Below the pieces are notes generated by a model, which saw nothing but the letters and a program-made list of their open reading frames with translations, was not told the origin of the DNA and did not search any database. From contig CM060733.1 in the NCBI GenBank assembly GCA_030704615.1, forward strand, positions 72,850,001-72,914,000: 64,000 nt of DNA, in the 5' to 3' direction. Below, in pieces: positions 36,615-48,700 of the stretch; within the stretch, counting starts at the first letter, position 1, and every line of letters starts with the position of its first letter. This DNA comes from Takakia lepidozioides (taxonomy: Eukaryota > Plantae > Bryophyta). A program made the translations under genes and the position numbers.

Positions 36615-36915
36615 TGAGGTCTTCTGTAATGTCTCTTGCTTCGTAATGAGGTGCTTCTCCAACTCTTATTTTTCCAATGTTAATATCTTCCATCTGGAAC
36701 ATATCCACACATGCGTATATAACTTAAAAAACCAAATGACCATCAAAACTGGAAGCTGGGGATGAGGCTTATAAAAGTTGAGATGGTCATTTGTTTTTTA
36801 AGGATTTCTGCACACATATGTGGATCTGTTCCAGGTGGAAAAATTAACATATTGGATAAAGTGGACATGGAGAAGCACCGCATTACGAGGCAGAGACACT
36901 ACAAAAAGAGCTTCA
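36615..36915. ncRNA. Long imperfect fold-back hairpin D
   Basis: TGTAATGTCTCTTGCTTCGTAATGAGGTGCTTCTCCA/TGGAGAAGCACCGCATTACGAGGCAGAGACACTACA; CAAATGACCATC/GATGGTCATTTG. Confidence 0.55.
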
Positions 36916-36929
36916 AAGGGCATACCATG

Positions 36930-39655
36930 TAACAGGTCCCAGTATAATCGAAGACGAAACCCCATTCATTCAATGGGCGATTGAATGGTTGCCCATCCAA
37001 ATGATTTTCGTTTGCTTTCAATCTTTGCCACTATGTTCAACATACCATGTATCAGGTCCCGGACTAATCAGATCAATCGAAATTCATGCGATGGCTCAAC
37101 GGATGGTTGGCCATCGAAATGATTTTGTTTCGCTTTGAGACTTGGCCACTATGTTCAATGTGCCATGTAAGAGGCCCCAGAGTAATATGAGATCAATCGA
37201 AATTCGTTCAATGGGCCAACGGATGGTTGCCCATCCAAATGATTTTCGTTCGCTTTGAAACTTGGCCAGTGTGTTCAATGTACCCTCTGATACGTCCCAG
37301 TGTAATACGAGATCAATCGAAAATCGTTCGATTGTCCAATGAGGCGTTCACTTGTCATCTGGTTTTTGTTCAATGCGAAAAAAATCCAATGCGTGCACGG
37401 CTATTGCACCCATTGAACGGATGTGGTTGAAGCCCTCTTTTGCCCGCATGTGCGACACATGTGCGGAGACACAACAGACGAATATATCATTTGCCTCCCC
37501 ATCGACGCGCTCCCTCAAGCCATTCCACAATTTAATTGAATTTAATTTTTTTAAGCCAATAAATAGGTTTGCACTGCCTTTCAGTGGGGTTTCTGCACGT
37601 ATTTGATTTTGTTCTGCGGCTTCCAGCATCCCATAAACCAAAATTTGGACCAATCAAAAATGCCCCAAAAAAAAAAGTGTTCTTTCGCTCACTATTGCAA
37701 AACTCTCTATGAAGAGTGCATGAAATAGAACACAAATCAAGTTTGGAGTGCAAACAGGGAAGAAACTGTCGTTTTGGGTCCAAATGAATTTTGATCGCTC
37801 CCAAATTTGGCATGCACGTTGCATATGGCTACATTACACGCCCCATTCAAAAAACGGAATGAAAAAAAAAAATCGTGAGCACGCGAAACACAGTCCAACA
37901 GGTCCCAAAGCAATAGCAGCTCCAACAGAATACATTCAACGGGTGAACGGATGGTTGCCCATCCAAATCATTTTTGTTAGCTTCCAAACTTTGCCAGCAC
38001 GTTCCAGACACCCTTTCACAGGTCCCGGACTAATATCAGATCAATCGAAATTCATTCGATGGCTCAACGGATGGTTGGCCATCGAAATGATTTGGTTCGC
38101 TTTGAGACTTGGCCACTATGTTCAATGTGCCATGTAAGAGGCCCCAGAGTAATATGAGATCAATCGAAATTTGTTCAATGGGCCAACGGATGGTTGCCCA
38201 TCCAAATGATTTTCGTTCGCTTTGAAACTTGGCCAGTGTGTTCAATGTACCCTCTGATATGTCCCAGTGTAATACGAGATCAATCGAAAATCGTTCAATT
38301 GTCCAATGAGGCGTTCACTTTTCATCTGGTTTTTATTCAATGCGAAAAAGAAAATCCTGCAATGCGTGCACGACTATTGCACCCATTGAACGGATGTGGT
38401 TGAAACCCCTCTTTTGCCCGCATGTGTGCAACACATGTGCGGAGACACAACAGACGAATATATCATTTGCCTCCCCATGGACGCATTCCCCCCTCAAGCC
38501 ATTCCACAATTTAGTTGAATTGAATTTTTTTTTAAGCCAATAAATAGGTTTGCACTGCCTTTCAGTAGGGGTTTCTGGCACGTATCGATTTTGTTCTGCG
38601 GCTTCCAGCATCCCACGGCTACTCCCCCGCCAAAATTTGGACCAATCAAAAATGCCCCAAAAAAAAAGTGTTCTCTTCGTTCATTATTGCAGAACTCTCT
38701 ATGAAGAGTGCATGAAATAGAACACAAATCTAGTTTGGAGTGCAAAACAGGGAAGAAACTGTCGTTTTGGGCCCAAATGAATTTTGATCGCTCCCAAATT
38801 TGGCACGCACGTTGCATATGGCTACATTACACGCCCCATTCAAAAAACGGAATGAAAAAAAAAAACTGTGAGCACGCGAAACACAGTCCTACAGATCCCA
38901 AAGCAATAGCAGCTCTAATAGAATACATTCAACGGGTGAACGGATGGTTGCCCATCCAAATCATTTTTGTTAGCTTCCAAACTTTGCCAACACGTTCCAG
39001 ACACCCTCTCACATGTCCCGGACTAATATCAGATCAATCGAAATTCATTCGATGGCTCAACGGATGGTTGGCCATCGAAATGATTTTGGTTCGCTTTGAG
39101 ACTTGGCCACTATGTTCAATGTGCCATGTAAGAGACCCCAGAGTAATATGAGATCAATCGAAATTTGTTCAATGGGCCAACGGATGGTTGCCCATCCAAA
39201 TGATTTTCGTTCACTTTGAAACTTGGCCAGTGTGTTCAATGTACCCTCTGATACGTCCTAGTGTAATACGAGATCAATCGAAAATCGTTCAATTGTCCAA
39301 TGAGGCGTTCATTTGTCATCTGGTTTTTGTTCAATGCGAAAAAAAAATCCTGCAATGCGTGCACGGCTATTGCACCCATTGAACGGATGTGGTTGAAACC
39401 CCTCTTTTGCCCGCATGTATGCGACGCATGTGCGGAGACACAACAGACGAATATATCATTTGCCTCCCCATCGACGCGCTCCCCCCTCAAGCCATTCCAC
39501 AATTTAATTGAATTGAATTTTTTTTTAAGCCAATAAATAGGTTTGCACTGCCTTTCAGTGGGGGTTTCTGGCACGTATCGATTTTGTTCTGCAGCTTTCA
39601 GCATCCCACGGCTACTCCCCCGCCAAAAAATTTGGACCAATCAAAAATGCCCCAA
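36930..39655. repeat. Tandem repeat, approx 2.7 copies of a 0.97-0.99-kb unit with approx 120-bp subrepeats
   Basis: GTCCCGGACTAAT at about 37056, 38022, 39015; near-identical spurious ORFs 37096/38036/39057; subrepeat palindrome GGATGGTTG(C/G)CCATC. Confidence 0.92.
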
Positions 39656-40218
39656 ATTTTTTGCATCTCGCCATTGGCCACCGGAACTCTTCTGGAACAT
39701 CCTCCCAGCCCTCTTCTGCTAGCATGCTAGGGTCACCAAATATCCCTATTCAAGTCTTGCCTTGACCTTGTGATTTTCTCTCAGGGGCGTCCTGTTCATT
39801 GGGGTCATCTTTTCCATGACGGTCATCGTCCTGGCCCTCTGCCATTCTACAACAATCAGAGCAACACTAAACAAGGTTTTCTAAAAAGACGTAACTCTAA
39901 ACCCTTCCCCCGTTAAGTAGGATTGAGTAGGTGTCAAAATACTTCCTAAAAAAAGCTAATTTTTGTAGAATAAAATGATCCTGAAGCCAGAGGAGGGCCT
40001 ATGGGAGCATTCTGCAACGACCTCACAGAAATCGCAGCAAAAAATCCCCCCCACCCAACCATGGCCTCCTTCTCCACGTGACTACGTGTCGTGGAATAAT
40101 GAAATGCCACGCACATAAAGTTTGTCTGAGAGAAGTGAGGGAGAATAAGCCTCCCTTGGCTTATATATCCCCCCCCCCGCCCTCCTCATTTCTCGGCCAC
40201 GTGCAGGCGAATCTCTAG

Positions 40219-41900
40219 AAGCGACCGCCAGAACAGGCGGTCGCTCCATTTTCCGGGAAAAAAAAAAATCGACTGCAACAACAGGCGTCGCTCCATTTTC
40301 CGCAAATAAAAAAAATAAGCGACCACCAACATAGGTGGTCGCTTCATTTTTAAGAAATTAAAAAAAATAAGCGATCTCCAACATTGGCGGTCGCTTCATT
40401 TAAAAAAATAAAAAAATAAAATAAGCGACCGTCATCATTGGCGGTCGATTCATTTTCAAAACATTTAGAATAAATAAGCGACCGCCACCATAGGCAGTCG
40501 CTTCATTTTCAAAACTTAAAAAAAATAAGCGACCGCCAACATAGGCGGTCGCTTCATTTTTTTAAAATTAAAATAAATATGCGATCTCCAACATTGGCGG
40601 TCGCTTCATTTTTAAAAAAATAAAAAAAATAAGCGACCGCCATCATTGGCGGTCGCTTCATTTTTAAAAAATAAAAAAAATAAGCGACCGCCATCATTGG
40701 CGGTCGTTCATTTTCAAACATTTAGAATAAATAAGCGACCGCCACCATAGGCAGTCGCTTCATTTTCAAAAACTTAAAAAAAAATAAGCGACCGCCAACA
40801 TAGGCGGTCGCTTCATTAAAATTTAAAAAAAAAATAAGCGACCGCCAACATAGGCGGTCGCTTCATTTAAATTTTTTTTAAAAAAAATAAGCGACCGCCA
40901 ACATAGGCGGTCGCTTCATTTTCAAATTTAAAAAAAAAAAAAACGACCGCCAACATTGGCGGTCGCTTCATTTTCAAATTTAAAAAAAAAAAAAAAGCAT
41001 AGGCGGTCGCTTCATTTAAAATAAAATAAAATAAATAAGCGACCGCCAACATATTGGCGGTCGCTTCATTTTCAAATTATAAAAAAAAATAAGCGACCGC
41101 CAACATAGGCGGTCGCTTCATTTAAAATAAAATAAAATAAATAAGCGACCGCCAACATATTGGCGGTCGCTTCATTTTCAATTATAAAAAAAATAAGCGA
41201 CCGCCACATAGGCGGTCGCATAGGCGGTCGCTTCATTTTCAAAACATTTAAAATAAATAAGCGACCGCCAACATTGGCGGTCGCTTCATTTTCAAAAACT
41301 TTGAAAAATATAAGCGACCGCCAATATAGGCGGTCGCTTCATTAAGAAAAAATTAAAAAAATAAGCGACCGCCAGCATAGGCGGTCGCTTCATTTTCGAA
41401 ACATTTAAAAATATTAAGTGACCGCCAACATAGGCGGTCGCTTCATTTTCAAAACATTTAAAATAAATAAGCGACCGCCAACATAGGCGGTCGCTTCATT
41501 TTCAAAAACTTAAAAAAAATAAGCGATCGCCAACATAGGCGATCGCTTCACTAAAAATTAAAATTAAAATAAATAAGCGACTGCCAGCATAGGCGGTCGC
41601 TTCATTTTCAAAAACTTAAAAAAAAATAAACGACCGCCAACATAGGCGGTCGCTTCATTTCCAAAATAATTAAAATAAAAGCGACCGCCAGTAATGGCGG
41701 TCGCCCCATTTCCAAAAATAAAAAAATAACAGCGACCGCCAGTAATGGCGGTCGCTACATTTATAAAAACAAAAAAAAACTTCAAGCGAAATGAGGGGAG
41801 AATGTCCCGGAGCTTATATGCCCCACTCCCCCCGCCTCACTCCTCACTCCATGCGCAGGTCACACTAAGTAGAAGCGACCGCCACCTTGGCGGTCGCTCC
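40219..41900. repeat. Array of approx 30 GCGACCGCCAACATAGGCGGTCGC palindromes with poly-A/T spacers
   Basis: Approx 50-bp period, directly visible. Confidence 0.95.
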
Positions 41901-42304
41901 ATTTAAATAAAAATGACTGCACAGTTGGCAGCATGACACAATTGTTCTCCATTCCACAAGCAAATTACCGAACACAAACATGAGCAAGTGACGGTGCGTC
42001 AAAGGACCACAAGTTCTGGTTTTGCCCAGACGATATGGCACGATCAAGGGAACAGTTTGTCCTTCGGATGGCTTCATTCTAATCAATCATATCAAGAATC
42101 CACCGCTCGCGAGCAAGCCCCAACTTCATACCTTTTGCTAACGAACTTCTCTTCTTCATCCCTCCTTGGAGCTGTGACGCCCTGTACCTTAAGAGGTCAC
42201 TCATCACCCCTTCAATGCGCAGCCGCCAAAGGCTTGACCCTTCACGCGTTCCCTTGATTAAAGCTCCCTAAACCAATCTTGGCCTCCATCGAAATAATGG
42301 TTGC

Positions 42305-42528
42305 CGAGTACAATTCCAGATTTGATAATGTCACCATGGACCTCTTTGTACTTCTCCAGGGCTGCCAGGCTTGCACACGCATTGCAAATGCAAACAAACG
42401 TCATGTGGTTGGGCTTCACCCCCTTTGCACATCATTTGCTCATAGGTCTCCAAAGCCTCCATCCCGCGCCTTTGTTGTGCATATCCTGCAATCATCGCAC
42501 TCCACAACAACACATATCGTTCAGCCAT
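42305..42528 (-). pseudogene. Inverted PPR fragment
   Basis: MAERYVLLWSAMIAGYAQQRRGMEALETYEQ (ORF 42331-42540). Confidence 0.85.
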
Positions 42529-42529
42529 T

Positions 42530-45500
42530 ATCAGCGTCACGTCCGTCAGTCAGCGTCAGGTCACGTCAGACCTGACGCTGACGGGACCTCCGTCACGTCA
42601 GGTTCGGGGAATATTCTGGTAAAAATAATACCAGGTAAAATACTGTCACTTAAGCAGCCACGTCGCCGACACGGTGGTGGTGGCAAATACATTTTGAAAA
42701 TTAACAAAATGAACACGACCGCCAATTCGCTTTGTTTTTCGAAATTAAAAAAGAAATAGCGACCGCCGTATTGGCGGTCGCTTCAATTTTTATTTTTTTA
42801 AAAGCAAGATTGGCGGTCGCACTAGCGGTCACCTTATTTTTTGAAATAGAAAAAGAAATAGCGACCGCCATATTGGCGGTCGCTTCAAATGTTTTTAAAA
42901 AAAAAGCAAGATTGGCGGTCGCACTGGCGGTCGCCTTATTTTTCGAATTAAAAAAACAAATAGCGACCGCTATGCTGGCGGTCGCTTCAATTTATTGTTT
43001 AAAAAAAACAAGATTGGCGGTCGCCTAATTTAAAAAAGAAAACAAGCGATTGCCATATTGGCGGTCGCACGGTGGCAAATATATTTATGAAAATTAACAA
43101 AATGAACGTGACCGCCAATTATGGCGGTCGCTTTGTTTTTCGAAATTAAAAAATAAATAGTGACCGCCGTATTGGCGGTCGCTTCATTTTTATAAAAAAA
43201 AAGCAAGATTGGCGGTCGCACTGGCGGTCGCCTTATTTTTCGAAATAGAAAAAGAAATAGCGACCACCATATTGGCGGTCGCTTCAAATGTTTTTTTTTT
43301 AAAGCAAGATTGGCGGTCGCACTGGCAGTCGCCTTATTTTTTGAATTTAAAAAATAAATAGTGACCGCTATGCTGGCGGTTGCTTCAATTTATTGTTTAA
43401 AAAAAACAAGATTGGCGGTCGTATTGGCGGTCGCCTAATTTAAAAAAGAAAACAAGCTACTGCGGTATTGGCGGTCGCACGGTGACAAATACATTTTTGA
43501 AAATTAACAAAATGAACGCGACTGCCAATTATGGCGGTCACTTTGCTTTTCGAAATTAAAAGAGAAATAGCGACCGCCGTATTGGCGGTCGCTTCAATTG
43601 TTTTTTTTTTAAAGCAAGATTGGCGGTCGCACTGGCGGTCGCTTTACTTTTTGAAATAGAAAAAGAAATAGCGACCGCCATATTGACGGTCGCTTCAAAT
43701 TTGTTTTTAATAAAAGCAAGATTGGCGGTCGCACTGGCGGTCGCTTTATTTTTTGAATTAAAAAAAGAAATAGCGACCGCTATCTTGATGGTGTGCTCCA
43801 GACTGCTCTTCACCGTCACCAACCGATCCACCATCAAGAAGTTAGTGGCAAAACGAGTTTCGTCTGGATTACGGAGGCTGTATTTGGGTTCGTGCCTCAT
43901 ATATATTGCCAAAGGGATGTGGTGTGTGCGGATAAATGACACAACAGTCTTCGCTCGCTTGACAAGTTGTTTCACCCACTGTTCTTTTCCCCAATCTTCC
44001 AAAAAGATGTCAAGGATATGAGCAACACAACCTTGATAGTACATATGAGGATAACGTGCCAACAACATATCTGCAGTGTTTCTCATGTTAGCGGCATTGT
44101 TTGTGTATATTTGCACAATTCTATCACTTCCGACCTGTTCGATGAAGTCCGTCAATAGTTGGCATTGATAACGTCCATTTTTTTTCTCGCCGCTAGTGTT
44201 GACCGATCCCAAGAATTATTCCCCAGCTGGACATACGAGCATGACATTGAACAACGGTCTGTTTATGACATAACTCCAACCATCGGCACATATAGTGCTT
44301 CCATATTTTCTGATACACTCGCCCGTCCTATCGTTGACTTTTTGGGTAAGCTCGGTCATGGCGTCTTCTAGCAATCCTATGCGGAGATTGTGATAAGTCG
44401 GAGGCACGTACGTGGATCTGGACTCTGAGGTTGCTCTAACAGCAGAAACAAATGCCGGAAGCCTTGTCACATTAAATGGTATGTTGGCCTCGAAGAAAAA
44501 CTGCGTCCATTTTTTATCCAACTGTCTTTTCGCAAACAAGTTAAGACCTTCTTGCATGGATTGCTGCCGTAATCCTCTACTCTGTTGAAGTGTAGGGGTA
44601 CAAAGAGGTGTTGAAGCAGATGTTGCTCCGACACAACCCACTTGTCCAAGGACACCCGAAGCCTCACAAGAGTCGCCCTGGGTACTAATCGGGGCATCCT
44701 GACGGGAAGATGGAGTGTTCTGTTCAGAGGTCATGTCCAGATCCAAAGACATTGGAATATTGCCTCCACACTGGGCAAAGTGGTTTTTTACCCGCATAGA
44801 TGCTTTGGGGCATAAACCCACCCCAGCGCTCTTCACACCTTTATAGCCGAGGTGAGCGAACAACCGATCCTTACGATAAGAAAGCTTTAATTCACATAGG
44901 TTGCACTCAACACTACCAGTGACACTGACAGTGTTCGGGATTGCCGTATACCAAGGGCTTCATTCCTCCCTCATCTTCACCCAATATTCACTCCCCTGGG
45001 ATCTAGCGATGCAAACAACAAAAAACAGTCACCTATAAATGAACGTGTTGTGAATGTAGAGTGCAATGCGATAGCCCAACACTTCTACACCTGTCAGCAA
45101 CCCATGTGGGTTGTAGTGTTGAGCTTATATACAATCTGCTGAAATGGCTTTGGTGGAAGCCACAACGGCAAAAGGTGCGCACCCTCCTCTTGGGCTACAC
45201 TCTCATTCAATGGAAGAGAACATCCAAAGCAACCTCAAGTGTTTGCGCCAAAAGAAGTGAGGAGCTTGGTGACCCTCCTCCCTTATATATGATCCAAGAG
45301 GGATGAAAGTGAAATGAAAGTGAAATGAATAAATGACGAACCAATAGCGCCCACCCAAAAAAGGCTGTACAACCATATTTGTTGTAATTTTGAAATTAAG
45401 CGACCGCTAATACTACGGTCCGTATTTTTATTTTTTATGAAAAACAAGCGATCGCCACTACTACGGTCGCTTTTATTTCCTTTCATTTTGTGCAATATTG

Positions 45501-45535
45501 CGGTCACTTCTATTTTGTATATTTTTAAATTTAAG
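42530..45535. mobile_element. ATCA-ended element with palindrome array (42716-43782) fused to hAT transposase remnant
   Basis: ATCAGCGTCACGTC terminus abutting PPR; same GCGACCGCC palindromes, with degenerate copies at 45398-45507; PPR resumes at about 45540. Confidence 0.6.
43783..44910 (-). pseudogene. hAT transposase fragment (BED finger + DUF659-type core)
   Basis: CNLC...LFAHL (BED); FFFEANIPFN, TICADGWS, IVQIYTNNAANM, GCVAHILD, ETRFATNF. Truncated before the dimerisation domain. Confidence 0.88.
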
Positions 45536-45539
45536 CGAA

Positions 45540-45756
45540 CAGTGCCCTAGTGGACATGTATGTCAAATGTGGGTGCATCGAGGATGCAAATGGAATGTTT
45601 GACAGTATGGCTGAACGTGATGTGGTGTCGTGGAGTGTGATGATTGCAAGATATGCACAGCAAGGGTGCGGGATGGAGGCTTTGGAGACCTATGAGCAAA
45701 TGATGTGTGAAGGGGTGAAAACCAACCACATCACATTTGTTTGTGTTTGCAATGCG
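45540..45756 (+). pseudogene. PPR segment interrupted by chromovirus
   Basis: LVDMYVKCGCIEDANGMFDSMAERDVVSWSVMI...HITFVCVCNA, continues at 52722. Confidence 0.9.
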
Positions 45757-48700
45757 TGTCGCGGCCCTTTGCCTTGAGGGCAGGGGGTCGGGACACATGA
45801 GGGGCTGCCCCTGTGGTGGGGGCAGCGGCAGCGATAGGTATGGGGGGCTGAGGCACCCTTGAGTGCCCAAGGCACTCAGGGAAGCGGAGGCGCTCACTAG
45901 GTGGAGCCCCGCACACCGGGTTGCGGTGGGGGTGGCTCCACAAGGGGTGGTGGTAGCTTAGTGGGACTTAGTGGGGGTGGCATAGGACTCACCATGGGGG
46001 CGGAGACCTCGTGGTGGGAGTCGTGGGGAGTCTTGGGACTCATCACGGTCCATAGGGGCCGTGGTGAGCGGGCCAAGACTCACCGCGACTCACCACCGGG
46101 AATCGAGGGTCTTCGTGGTGGTTCGCCATAAAATGGCATGGCTGGTTGTGAAACCCCCGCGGACAGCTACAGAAGTATATATAGGGAGTAGTAACCCCGA
46201 GAACGGTGCAAGCCCGTTGGTGACCAAAAACTAGTGAGTAAGCGAGCGAGCCGGAAAGCGACCAAAGAGTGGGGAGCTGTTCCGGACTGCCATCTACCAA
46301 AGGGAATTCTCCTAGTCCCAATTAGGTGGAGGGTTTTAGAGGGAAGCGAAGGGGGACCGTTATGTCCCGGTGAGCAGCCGAAGCTCCAAGTTGGCCCGGC
46401 GGCCAGGTTGGGAGTCAGGCGCGCGCATCAAAGCGAGTAACTATGACTTGAAGGGGAGTTTACCGAAGTGAGGTGCGCGACACTTGGTATCAGAGCTTAG
46501 AGTTCAGTACGCGATCGTCCTTGGGATTGGCCTCATCATGGGGTCGGGCAAGCCGAAGCAAAAGCGGAACGGCCCAAAAGATGATGATCCTGGTGAGCCC
46601 GATGGGGGCGACGTGTCACCGAGGCGGCCGTTTGAGGAAGCGATGCATGTTTCCGAAAACGAGGCCGCTCAAGAGCGGGAGGAATCCGAGGAGTCGGAGC
46701 CCGAGGAATCCTTGAGAGCTCCGACAAACCAAGAGATGCCTCCCATGCCGGCAGCCTTTTGGGAGGGTTGTTGGCGCAGTTTGGCGGGACGTTGAAAGAA
46801 GTGTTGAAGGCGGCTAATGCCACTTCCACTAAGGCAAAGTTTAAGGTGAAGCCTAAGGAACCCGGCACCTTCGAGGGCGTCCAAATCGGAAGGCACTCAA
46901 CACCTGGCTCCTGGAGCTAGAGCAGTACTTCCGGGCGGCCAAGTTGAGTGACGAGGATCGGGTGGAAGTGGCTCCCACCTATTTGAGGGGCTATGCTCAA
47001 CAATGGTGGCAGAAACGCCTTCACGACCGAGGTCCAAGCCCGGAAACCTTGAACTGGAGTGGGTTCAAGGAATTGATGAAGAGACAGTTTGTGCCCCTCA
47101 ACGCGTCCTGGCTCGCCCGGGACAAGATGAGGAATTTGAAGCAAACAGATGACATTCGGGGGTATGTCCAGGCTTTCAATGTGCTGTTGCTCGAAGTCGC
47201 GGACATGGCAGAACCAGAAATGGTCTTCAACTTTGTGGCGGGACTGGCCCCATGGGCCAGGCGGAAGTTGGAGGAGAAGCCACCCAAGACTTTGAACGAG
47301 GCAATTGAGAGGGCTGAATGTTTCTCGGATGTCCCTAGGGGTGAAAGACAAGGCCGTACGGAGCTGAACCACAAGAAGATTCGGTGACTCCTTCCGACCG
47401 GAAAAGAAGTGGGATAGGCCACGCGGCGAAAATGGCACGTGGAAATCGAAGGGAGGGCCTTCACACGTCAAGGCGGCACCCGGTGCTCCGAAAGGAAAAG
47501 CGGGTGGAGCGACTTATGGCGGACAAAGGCGACCTTTGATGGAGTGTGTTTCAATTGCGGGGAGCCCGGGCACATGGCCAAGAAGTGCACGAAGCCCCGG
47601 CAATTGAACATGACTCGGGCGACCACGGAGCTGTCGGAAGATACCATCAGTCGCTTGGTGGAAGCGGTGGTCGCCAGGACTTGCAAGGTAGGCAAATTTT
47701 CTTGTGAGTTGTATCAGAAAACTGGCGCCTTACGAAAAGGGAGTCAGTTATTGTTCGTGGATGGGATAATATCCGGAACTAATGTGTCGTTGTTGGTGGA
47801 CACAGGAGCGTCGCACTCCTTCATGACACCGGCAACGGCACAAAAGTTGGGACTCCCGACAAGTGACGTGGGGGCCTCTATTGAGGTGCGTTCTGCCAAA
47901 GGAGAACCACAGTTGGCGACAAGGTTGGCGATTGATGTTCCTCTTCAACTGGGGAGTTGGGAGGGACGTGAGAACTTCACCATCTGCGAGATCGATGGAG
48001 TGGATCTCATTTTGGGGATGACCTTTTTGAGCAAATCCGGAGCGGTCATAGATGGCCGCAAGAGAGTAGTCACGCTGCCATGTGGGAATGGTGGCGAGGT
48101 CTTACGAGTGTCGGAAACGCCCAAATCCGTGGGAGGGCGAATAAACCTTCTGTCAGCAAGGGAGTGGGCCGTGGAGGAGGCACACGAACCCCAGTTCTTG
48201 CTTTACATTAGAGAAGTGAAGGGAGAAGGCGATGGGGAGCCGAGCCCAGATTGGATCAAGGGGATTTTGGAGAAATACCAGGATGTGATGCCGGAGGATT
48301 TACCAAGCGGCTTGCCACCGCGAAGAGGAGTTGACCACAAGATTGAGGTGATACCGGGATCGGAACCGCCTGCCAAGGCGCCCTACCGGTTGAGCCACAG
48401 AGAGTTGGTCGAGCTGAAGACTCAGCTCAAGGATCTAATGTCAAAGGGGTACATCCGGCCGAGTAAGTCACCTTACGGAGCCCCGGTGCTATTTGCAGAC
48501 AAGAAGGATGGGACGCTGCGGATGTGTGTCGATTACAGGGCTCTGAATAAGGTGACTATCAAAAACCGGTACCCTTTGCCAAGGATCGACGACCTCTTCG
48601 ATCGGTTGGCAGGAGCGAAGTATTTCAGCCGGATCGACTTGCGCTCCGGCTATCACCAAATTCGGGTGGCGGAAGGAGATGAGGAGAAGACCGCGTGCAG

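Larger units (their letters stand above)
32541..41910. mobile_element. Unclassified DNA-transposon-like element carrying kinase, hairpin cluster, 1-kb tandem repeat and palindrome arrays
   Basis: Abrupt break in PPR; ATCA start with ACGT-rich terminus; GCGACCGCC/GGCGGTCGC arrays at both sides. No transposase seen and right end not resolved. Confidence 0.6.

Noticed and set aside
40219-41900. CRISPR-like repeat-spacer array
   Set aside because: Spacers are low-complexity, mutually similar A/T runs; no cas genes; eukaryotic TE-subterminal context.
37096-43287. Numerous short ORFs in tandem and palindrome arrays
   Set aside because: By-products of repeats; low-complexity translations.
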